A DNA stretch of 64,000 nt, taken from assembly GCA_951406725.2 (NCBI GenBank), contig OX597825.1, positions 33,542,001-33,606,000 on the forward strand. Direction: 5' to 3'. Numbering within the stretch: position 1 is the stretch's first letter; every line of letters begins with the position of its first letter. Source of the stretch: Octopus vulgaris (Eukaryota). Of the stretch, positions 39,475 to 49,430 are shown piece after piece. The notes under the pieces are model-generated. The model had not been told where the DNA came from, made no database searches, and saw only the letters and a list, made by a program, of their open reading frames with translations. Made by a program: the position numbers and the translations under genes.

Positions 39475-39996
39475 TAAGGTATGTAGAAAAATACAACATG
39501 GACAAGAACGTATAACTCTTAGAAGACGATACAATAAACACGGACAGGACATTCGAAACCCTCAGTCTTCAGTCAAGAACCGGATCATCGTAGTAATTTC
39601 GGCTGATTAATCTTGAGATTACTAGATCACGGCCAGCCCTCCAAGGAAAACTAAGCAACGAGCATTAGAAAAACTAAGCTGGAAGCGTAGATTTCCTGGA
39701 AGAAGGATCGAATGCATACGAACACCAGGACAGCAAAAGGGACAGATATAAAAAAACAAAAAACAATAATGGAATACAGAAACATGAAATACAGAAGCAT
39801 TAACGGTGAAAACAACAGTGTCTTACGACTGATAACAAGCAAACAAATTTTTTCTCTGGCGCATTGGAAAAAGCCTTTATAGCGGCGGACGAAAACAGCG
39901 ATGTTAACATGACGAGGGTCAGGAGCTGAAAGGCAGATTTCGGCCAACAGTCACGTGACAGAGAAGAGGGAAAAGAAAAGAAAGAGAAGCAAAGGA

Positions 39997-40027
<31 letters not shown>

Positions 40028-40268
40028 GACAAACGCAACAAAGAGAGAGAAGAGAGAGAAAGAAGGAATCAGAGAGGAGAAGGGATGGGTGTCGAAGAAT
40101 GACCTGTGAGTGCAGAGCGAGACAAAGAAATAGGAGGGTAGTGGAAGACTAGACCAAAGAATCAGAGGAAAGAGAAGAGAAAAAGAGGATGAGTAGAGAG
40201 AAAAGAGAGAGAGGGGGACAGATCAAGTAAAAATGAGAGAGAGAGAGAGACAAACAGAGAGTCGTACC

Positions 40269-40270
<2 letters not shown>
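39475..40270 (-). mobile_element. Unclassified TA-adjacent repeat, possibly Penelope-like non-autonomous
   Basis: Same architecture as 38330-39110; bounded by (TA)n on both sides. Confidence 0.4.
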
Positions 40271-40300
<30 letters not shown>

Positions 40301-40302
<2 letters not shown>

Positions 40303-40637
40303 GGCGCATGGCTCAGTGGTTAGAGCGTCGAGCTTACGATCGTGAGGTTGTGATCTCGAATCCCGGACCGGGCTGCGTGTTGTGTTCTTGAGCAAGGCAC
40401 TTAATTTCATGTTGCTCCAGTTCACTCAACTGTAGAAATGAGTTGCGACGTCACTGGTGCCAAGCTGTATCGACCTTTGTCTTTCCCTTGGATAACACTG
40501 GTGGCGTGGAGAGGGGAGGCTGGTATGCATGGGCGACTGCTGGTCTTCCATAAACAACTTTGCCCGGACTTGTGTCTAGGAGGGTAACTTTCTAGGTGCA
40601 ATCCCATGGTCATTCATGACCGAAGGGGGTCTTTACC

Positions 40638-40642
<5 letters not shown>
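40301..40642 (+). mobile_element. tRNA-derived SINE, family F, inserted in (TA)n
   Basis: tggctcagtggttagagcg A box, ctcgaatccc B box, ttcttgagcaaggcactt motif; (TA)n on both sides. 5'-truncated copy at about 42997-43262; duplicated 3' end at about 40719-40795. Confidence 0.88.
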
Positions 40643-40682
<40 letters not shown>

Positions 40683-40799
40683 CGATGATGATGATGATGA
40701 TGATGTGTGTGTGTGTATGCCCAGACTTGTGCCTTGGAGTGGAACTTGTAGTTGCAGCCCCTGGTCATTCATGACCGAAGGGGGGTCTTTACTTTATAT

Positions 40800-41045
40800 C
40801 TTTTACTTTTATCTTTTACTTGTTTCAGTCATTGGACTGCAGCCATGTTGGGGCACCACCTTGAATTTTTTAGTCGAATGAATCAACCCCAGTACTTATT
40901 TTTAAGCCTGGTACTTATTCTATCAGTCTCTTTGGCCGAACCGCTAAGTTACGGGACATAAATACACCAACACTGGTTGTCAAGCGGTGTTGGGGGAACA
41001 AACACGCATACAAAGACACACATAGATATAGATACACACACGCGT

Positions 41046-41085
<40 letters not shown>

Positions 41086-41238
41086 TATATACAACAAGCT
41101 TCTTTCAGTTTCTGTCCACTAAATCCACTCACAAGGCTTTGGTTGGCCCAAGATTATAGTAGAAGACCCTCATTCAAGGTTCTACACAGTGGGATTGAAC
41201 CCAGAACCATGTGGTTGGGAAGCCAGTTTCTTACCACA
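40800..41238 (-). mobile_element. tRNA-derived SINE, family A
   Basis: Reverse complement colinear with family A. Confidence 0.88.
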
Positions 41239-41421
41239 TATATCAATATGGTCTTGGGTTCAGTTCCATCGTAAAGCGCTTTGGGCAAGTGTCCTCTACT
41301 ATAGCTACTGTCCAACCAAAGCCACTCCTATCTTTTTTAATTCAACAACTGAGTGGAATGAGTTCACTTCTGCTCAGCATGATAGAAATTTGATGTTATA
41401 TTGATTATAGCAACCGAAGTG

Positions 41422-41702
41422 AAGGTGCATGGCTTAGTGGTTTGGGTATTTGTTTTACTGTTGTAAGTTCGTGAGTTCAGTTCCTGGTCGTGCATTGTGT
41501 CTTTGAGCAGGGTACTTTATTTCACATTGTCTGTCTCTATATCTAACTGACAAAAAAAAAAACCCCCCCAAAAAAACCGGTAGTGCCTGTATCTCAAAAG
41601 GCCAGCCTTGTCACATTCTGTGTCATGCTGAATCTTCCTGAGAACTACGTTAAGGGTACACATGCCTGTGGAGTGCTCAGCCACTTGCATGTTAATTTCA
41701 CA
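41422..41702 (+). mobile_element. tRNA-derived SINE, family D
   Basis: Matches 21120-21428. Confidence 0.78.
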
Positions 41703-42116
41703 ATTGCATGGTTTTTGATATTAGATGATCTTTCTCTCAGTAACCTTCATCTGTTTTTCAAGTGAGGTATGCTTTTGTTTTTGTTTTGTTTTTTTTTACT
41801 AAATTCCAAAAGAATTTATAAGTTCAGAGCTTGTGGTTGATCTGTTGACATTTCCTGGCAACAGACTTCACTGTTAGTTACCATAACCCAGTATCACACA
41901 AAATTATAATCTCTGTCTCTCTCTCTCACACACACACATGCACGCACGCGTGCACACACACACACACACACACACACATGCACGCATGCGCACACGCACA
42001 CACACACACAGACACACACACACACACACACACATCTTCTAGTTTCTGACTAAGGAATTCCCTCACAAGCCATTGGTCAACCAGGGGCTGTAGTAGAAGT
42101 CATTTACACTGCTGTG

Positions 42117-42155
<39 letters not shown>

Positions 42156-42157
<2 letters not shown>

Positions 42158-42935
42158 AAATATAAATTAAAAACAGAACACAAAGGATATCACGGTACAC
42201 GGGTTTCAAGCTTTATAAACAATTCATTATTACATCAGTATATTATTGGTATAAAAGATGGTTTAAAGCTCTCTTCAGCTGCAAACATTGTTAGTCCAAA
42301 GATTACATCACAATATAAAAGTATATGCTTTAACTTACAAAACAAAGTTCAACAAATTCAATCATATTTTTCGTAAATGAGATTAGATGTTAATATGAAT
42401 TAAAATTATTTTTATTCGTGTAGCTATACGATCGTTTCATACAGAAAGACAATAAATTCATTTTAAGAATCTGGGTTGTCAAAAAGTATTCGGCAGTAGC
42501 AAAAATTAAGGAAGGGGGAACTAAAAAGATGTTGGAATTATACAGGTATGGTGTTCGTAATATGTAATTCTTATGTCTTTTTAGCTTTTTTACCTTTCCT
42601 TAATTTTTGCTACTGACGAATACTTTTTGACAACCCAGATTCTTAAAATGAATTTATTGTCCTTCTGTATGAAACGGTCGTATAGTTACATGAATAAAAA
42701 TAAAAATAATTTCAATCCATATCAGCATCTAATCTTCTCCAATTACGAAAAATATGATTGAATTTGTTGAACTTTGTTTTGTAAGTTAAACCATATACTT
42801 AATATACTTATATGAAATTTCATATCTACGCTAATTTACACCAGGAAATTAAAAGTAAGGTGTGAAGAAATGTTAAAAATCTTTTGGAAACTACTCTAGT
42901 TAAAGGACAAATTTGCATTCAACCCTTTCAAAAGA
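42156..42935 (-). mobile_element. Penelope-like fragment with hammerhead-like motif and long inverted repeat
   Basis: (TA)n on both sides; minus-strand CTGAAGA-stem-GAAAC at 42190-42284; inverted arms about 42319-42542 and 42563-42800. Confidence 0.62.
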
Positions 42936-42949
42936 TATATATATATAAA

Positions 42950-42998
<49 letters not shown>

Positions 42999-43591
42999 TG
43001 TGTGTTATGTTCTTGAGCAAGACACTTTATTTCCCATTGTTCCGTCTCACTCAGCTATAAAAATGAGTTGTGACATCACTGGTGCCAAGCTGTGTCAGCC
43101 TTTGCCTTTCCCTTGGACAACATCGGTAGTGTAGAGAGGAGAGACTGGTATGTAGGGGTGACTGCTGGTCTTCCATAAACACTCTTGCCTGGACTAGTAC
43201 CTCAGAGGGTAAATTTCTAGGTGCAATCCCATCGTCATTTGTGACCAAAGGGGGTCTTTACTCTATATACTCATTCACACTGAAGGTGTAGACAAAATTG
43301 CATGGATACAGGGTTTACTTTGTAATCATGTAGTTTCAAGTTCTATCTCAAGTGTCTTATACTGTAGCCCTGTGCCAATCAATGCCTTATCAGGGAATTT
43401 GGTAGACAGAAACTGTGTTGAAGCCTGTCATATACAGATATACATACGTATATGTGAGTGTGTGTGTCTATGTTCTTTGTGCCTGAGTTTGTTCTCTACC
43501 ACCATTACTTGACAACCAGCATTGGTTTGCTTATGTCCCTGTAACTTAGCATTTTGGCAAAAGAGCATCCTTTTTCATTTGTCTGGCATTC

Positions 43592-43947
43592 TCTTTTACT
43601 CTTTTTCTTGTTTCAGTCATGTGACTGGCCATGCTGGAACACCACCTTTAGTCAAGCAAATTGACCCCAGGACTTATTCTTTGTAAGCCTAGTACTTATT
43701 CTATCCGTCTCTTTTGCCAAACTGCTAAGATACGGGGACATAAACACACCAGCATCAGTTGTCAAGCGATGTTGGGGGGACAAACACATACACACACACA
43801 TATATATATACATATATACGACGGGCTTCTTTCAGTTTCCATCTACCATATCCACTCACAAGGCTTCGGTCGGCCATGCAGTAGGACTGAACTCGAAACC
43901 ATGTGGTTTGTAAGCAAGCTACTTACCACACAGCCACTCCTATGCCT
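43592..43947 (-). mobile_element. tRNA-derived SINE, family A
   Basis: Reverse complement highly similar to 49005-49395, with an internal deletion; an older + strand copy lies at about 43300-43565. Confidence 0.88.
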
Positions 43948-43984
43948 ATGTGAAAGGCGTATATTCATCAACATATAAATTACA

Positions 43985-44181
43985 CACACTAGCCATGATA
44001 GATCGTTAGCTCCTACACGCATTTTTTTCTCTCCTTGTTTTTTTCTGTGTATCTTTCTGTCAAAGTGCGTAGGCTCGGAACGTAAAAGACTTTTTCTATT
44101 CCTGAGCGCTATACTAATACATTTGTTTGTTTGTACTCCACCTGCCTTCGTCTTTTGTTTATTTTCGTAAACTTTCCCTTT
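43985..44181 (+). mobile_element. Penelope-like pseudo-LTR fragment, second copy of the 17185 family
   Basis: tctttctgtcaaagtgcgtaggctcggaacgtaaaaga at 44052-44089; downstream ctaatac...cacctg...tcttttgttt is shared with 17185-17380. Confidence 0.6.
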
Positions 44182-44830
44182 ACATATGTATGTGTATGTG
44201 CATACTATTGTCTAGCCATTACTTGACAGTTGTGAATGGACATGATCTTCATACAAGTGAGGTTATTGTTAGCATGAAAAATATGTCTGGCTGTGGGAAA
44301 TATTACCTTCCTTGGAAATGGAAATAGGCGAAGAGTGCAACTGGAAGGCCATCCAGCTGTAGAAAATTTGCCTCAACAAACTCCACCAGACCTATGCAAA
44401 CATAGAGATGTGGACATAAAATGATGATGACAGCCATATTTCTTCTCTGTTGGATGGCATGTAATAATGACAGTAGTGCGTGGTACATGAACCAGTCTTA
44501 TTACAGTTAATGAAAGACATTGAAATAAAACCTTATCTATATTTTTCTTAGGAAAATAAAATGGTGTAAAAGCAGTTAATCTATATATCTATAGACATCA
44601 AAAATGACATAAGTTTTAAAATTTATCTTTTTCTGTAGCCATTTTAAAATTTGCATTGATATTTGCAGCTTTTATTAATTCTATTTAAGTGCTTTGATTT
44701 TTTTTGTAAAATTTATCATGTTTTTGAAAGTATTTCAAAATTTGTATTGAGGGTTTTTTTTTTCTTACTTCTTTTATGACATTTGAATATTATTTTATTT
44801 TGTTGATTTATTTATTTATTGCCATTTTAG

Positions 44831-44979
44831 TGATATCTGTACCTGAGCGTGTGGCTGAGAGATTGGAACCAAGTGATGATTCTTCAGGACCATCTCTCAT
44901 TGATTATTCAGAACGGCGTTCACTTCCTATTTCCATACCAGATTATCAGTCTGTAGAAAATAATGGTGAAAAATATGTG
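44831..44979 (+). CDS. SNX27: Sorting nexin-27 internal exon, PDZ end, linker and PX start: (V)ISVPERVAERLEPSDDSSGPSLIDYSERRSLPISIPDYQSVENNGEKYV
   Basis: Acceptor ccattttAG (AG 44829-44830); donor GTG|GTAAGA at 44980; 149 nt = 2+49x3. Phase 1 joins the previous exon (G|TG = Val). Matches SNX27 as recalled (VLSVPPHEADNLDPSDDS...[27 protein letters not shown]). Confidence 0.95.
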
Positions 44980-46498
44980 GTAAGATTTATTGTCTCGCCT
45001 ATTACACCTATTTTTATGCAACAAACTGAGCATTTAACACCATTTATCTTACAACATTACTCTCACCTTCTTTTCCAATATTATTTATTTGTTTTCTTTT
45101 AATTTTATTATTCCACCTAACACTTTTTTTTTTTTGGTAATGTATTCCTTTTGAATGCTTTCAATGTTTTCATACAAATTTTGTCACAAATATATTTCAA
45201 ATTATGTTTATTTTTGTATAGTGATATGAACAGACAAAAATTAAATGATTTGGGTTTGAATAAATACAGAAAAGACAACTTTGGTTTTACATTATATTGC
45301 AATGATAGGTGTTAGTGTTGCAGAGTATGTGAAAATTTTGTCAAGAAATTGTATTTTAAGAATCAGAGATCTCAAGCTGTCTGGATGTGGTGGGAGTTTA
45401 TTGTGTGTATTTATTACATCCTATTTCACTGCACTAAAAAAAAAATTGTTGAACCTATTTTCAGCCATGCACACTGAAGCAAGCAGTCATAAATCGTACA
45501 ACATGATAACTGCAGCAAAATTTGTACATATGGGTTAGGAGAATATCACGTTAACTCTCCAATAACTGCCCCTCATTTATCATGTATTTACTTGATACAA
45601 AAGGATATCCAAAGACAATGAGAAAAATTGTGTTAGATACTCAACTGAATCAAATTAATATACAAATAGACAAAGGAAACCATTTACTCAAGCAAAGATA
45701 AAAAGTTCAGAAGAATTTTCCAGTTTGTATCAGAAGTTATGCTAGAAATCTATGCTAATTGACTGGTATACATTCAGTTAGTTTCTTTTTTTCTTTATTG
45801 TTTTTGCTGAACTACCATCTCTCTTCTTGGCTTGTTGAGAAGTTGAAATTAACAAAGCTTGTTACTTGGTATTCTTTTTTTACTCCGATCTATGGACTAA
45901 CTTCATCTTTAAAGAAACATTTATATATAATATAGATTTGCCACTTACATGCCTCCTCAATTCAGTCTTTGATGTTAATTTTTTTTTTTTTTTTTGCTAC
46001 AATGAAACCAATAAGTTTTCTTTGAAATGTCATATATTTCTTGTATTATGTCCAAATCTACATAGATCAAACACACTTCTTCATCAATTACAAACATAAT
46101 ATATGGACCAGAAGTACTTGCAAAAATATTCAGTTTTAAAAAAATAATAAATAATTGCTTTATATAATTTTTCACATGCATATTGCATACTGGACACAAG
46201 CATGGCTGGTTGGTTGAGAAATATGCTTTACTCTACAGCAATTCTAAGTTCAATGTCATTGTGCAGCATATTGAGCAATTATCTTCTTTCATAATTCCAA
46301 TTTCACCAAAGTGTTTGAGATAAATTTGGTTGGTGTCAACTATGTAGAAGCCCTTTGTCTGTGTAGCTGTATGGTTAAGAAGCTTGTTTCCCAACCATGC
46401 AGTTTCAGGTTCAGTCTGTGCATGGCACCTTGTATATGTTTTTTCTACTGTAGCTACAGTTTGACCAAAGCTTTATGAGCGAAGTTGGTTGACATAAA

Positions 46499-46732
46499 GG
46501 TGGCGAGCTGGCAGAAACGTTAGCACGCTGGGCAAAATGTTCAGAGGTATTTCATCTGCCATTATGTTCTGAGTTCAAATTCCACCGAGGTCGACTTTGC
46601 CTTTCATCCTTTCGGGGTCGATAAATTAAGTACCAGTTACGCACTGGAGTCGTTGTAATCGACTTAATCCCTTTGTCTGTCCTTGTTTGTCCCTTCTATG
46701 TTTAGCCCCTTGTGGGCAATAAAGAAATAAGA
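46499..46732 (+). mobile_element. tRNA-derived SINE, family B, full length, nested in an A2 element (about 46365-47052)
   Basis: gagctggcagaaacgttagcacg A box; gagttcaaattcc B box; gcctttcatcctttcggggtcgataaattaagtaccag core resembles the Meta-SINE domain as I recall it; A-rich tail. Confidence 0.88.
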
Positions 46733-48821
46733 AATGGAGAGAAGCTTGTTTGTGTTTGTGCGTATGCATGCGTGCATGTATGTGTATGTATATATGTGCT
46801 TGAGTGTCTGCAAGATTGTGTCACCTTGTCTTGACATCGCATGATGGTTGTAAATGAGTGTTTTTGTCATATAAATGATGACATTTCCAGTCTTCTCTGA
46901 AAATATGTCTGGCCATGGGGAAATATTACCTTGCTCAGAAACATGAGGGTTGGTGATAAGATGGGCATCCAACCACTGAAAATCTGCCTCACTAAACTTT
47001 ATCTGATGCATGCAAGCAGGGAAAAATTGAGCCTTGAAATGATGATGATGTGACAAGCAAGAAATGAATAAAAAGTGAATTCGACAACTTTTATGTGTTT
47101 TCAGATGACTAAAATGGTTTTCTATGATGTAATTGCTTTATAACAAGATTCTTTTATAAAATTTATGATAGATTTAAGTTGGAGATGAACGCTTTAAGAC
47201 AAGACAATTTGTGTAAGAAGCAGAAACAGTTTGAGGCAAGTTGGCATCTCGGAAGGGTTAATTGGATTATTACTGCACATTCACAATGTTAAGCTTACTT
47301 TCCGTAATAGATTGGATTGGTCATGTTCTGTGTTAATACGTAATTGACATTGATGTGATTTGCATTAATCAACTAATGTTCATCATCAAAACAATTAGTG
47401 AGATGACTTTTCAGCTCACACTGACCACAAAATGTGAATTTCACTGAAACACCTCTTACATACCACCACTATTAATAGCCTCTGTATGATTATTCAGTCT
47501 ATTGGAAGTGGCTGCCAAATCTCCCTCAAGTTAACATCCTACTGTCTCCAAAAAAGGGACCCATCTCTCCTTCTCTTGTTCTCCTCTCCTCCTTCCCTGC
47601 ACATTATCTCCATATCTTTTTATCTTAGAAGTTTATTGTACTTCTGCTCTCCACCCTTCTTGTACTGTTACTTATTGCCTTCTCTTTCTTTATCCTCTCC
47701 TATTCTTTCACCTCCTCCTCTCCATACTGATATTTATCATCAACAACACATCCACCCTTATTCTATTCACTAAACTTATCTCTATACCCATCTCTTACCA
47801 TCTGTTACTCTCCTCATATACTCAAATGGACTCATCTACCCACCCTTCCCAATTCTTTGACCATATTCTCTCTTATACTCTCTTTTCTTGAATCTTAATA
47901 GTATACTCTGAAACCTCATTATCACTACCATTGTCTCCTTTTTGGCTACTCCTACCTACCTTTATATAATGTGGGGTAGCCATGTATCTCCTCTATAGCA
48001 AGACACATTTGCCTGTTCCTCTATCATACTTTAGCTTCTCAAACACTAAGCCGCCTTTTTCTCTAATACAACCCTATTCAGTTGAGGCTCTTTTTCTCTA
48101 TCTTGCAAATTACTTGGTGACCTCACTAGTGCCAGTGTCATTAAAAAATGCACCCAGTACACTCTATAAAGTGGTTGGCATGAAGAAGAGCATCCAGCTG
48201 TGGAAACCATGCCAGAACAGGTATGGGAGCCTGTTGGAGTCTCTCAATCTGTCCAGCTCATTTCAGGAAAACGAATGATGTGTGGAAAAACATAAAAACA
48301 GTAATGGATGCAATACCTGTCCTCCTAAGTCTGCTTGATCAGGACAGTTGCCCTGGGGTTAAACAACAACAACAACAAATTTTGCAAACTAGTGAAGAAG
48401 CCTCTACATGGGTTGCATGATTTGCTAGAAATAGCTGTTATCACTCCCTCAAAACATATCTCATTGTCTACTAATTTGTAAAGAGAGGGGAATACTTCAA
48501 AATTTCACCAATATTTCTTTTGTTAGATGGCGGTGGGCTGATATTTGTATGTTTGACAACAACTACATTAGATAATGTAAACTGGGATACATGATATCTA
48601 GGGAAAGGTTGGTCACGATTGAAGTACCTTTGTTCGTAAATATGCTCAGGAAGGACCAACTTGTAAAACAACACCTATAAAACCACTGTTTGTTATAGAC
48701 TTTCACGTTTATTTAGAAAACATCACTTGAACCTAGTTAACCCTTCTAAAACCGTATTTCTGCTGGAATACACTGGCAGAAAATAAGAAAGAATTTATTA
48801 AAATCACTTTGTCATTATCAA

Positions 48822-49430
48822 CCCCTTAATATTTAAACTAATCATATCCAGCCCAAATATTCTATATGTTTTATGTTCAAACTGGTCAGATCTAGCTTCT
48901 CACACCTACCCTACAATGTCATTCTAAAATAAACAGTTACATCATTGAATCCTCAAAGCTGCAAGAGAAAGCATGATTAATTCAAAACAGTGTGAATAAA
49001 TATAGGCGTAGGAGTGACTGTGTAATAAGTAGCTTGCTTACCAACCACATGGTTCCGGCTTCAGTCCCACTGCGTGGCACCTTGGGCAAGTATCTTCTAC
49101 TATAGCCTCTGGCCGACCAAAGCCTTGTGAGTGGATTTGGTAGACGGAAACTGAAAGAAGCTCGCCATATGTGTATATGTGTGTGTGTCTGTTTGTTCCC
49201 CCAACATCGCCTGACAACCGATGCTGGTGTGTTTAAGTCCCCTTAACTTAGCAGTTCGGCAAAAGAGACTGATAAAATAAGTACTAGGCTTACAAAGAAT
49301 AAGTCCTGGGGGGTCGATTTGCTCGACTAAAGGCGGTGCTCCAGCATGGCCACAGTGAAATGACTGAAACAAGTAAAAGAAAGAGAAAGAAAGAGATAAG
49401 TATCATATTTGACAGAGTATGCTAACAGGT
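48822..49430 (-). mobile_element. piggyBac-like MITE interrupted by a family-A SINE
   Basis: Reverse match to 4257-4476 on both sides of 49005-49395; ends tgctaacagg|ttag. Confidence 0.7.
49005..49395 (+). mobile_element. tRNA-derived SINE, family A, near-intact
   Basis: Colinear with 8056-8450. Confidence 0.92.

Larger units (their letters stand above)
26965..44830 (+). other. SNX27: 17,866-bp phase-1 GT-AG intron of SNX27
   Basis: Bounded by GTAAGA and ttttAG; the flanking exons join into a contiguous SNX27 peptide with no missing residues. Confidence 0.88.

Noticed and set aside
40301-40375. tRNA genes at SINE heads (also 8056, 21120, 46499)
   Set aside because: A and B boxes are present but no complete cloverleaf is evident, and each continues into a multicopy SINE body.
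44776-45102. 108-aa ORF as a standalone gene
   Set aside because: Only 44831-44979 is SNX27-like and is bounded by splice sites; the flanks are intronic read-through.
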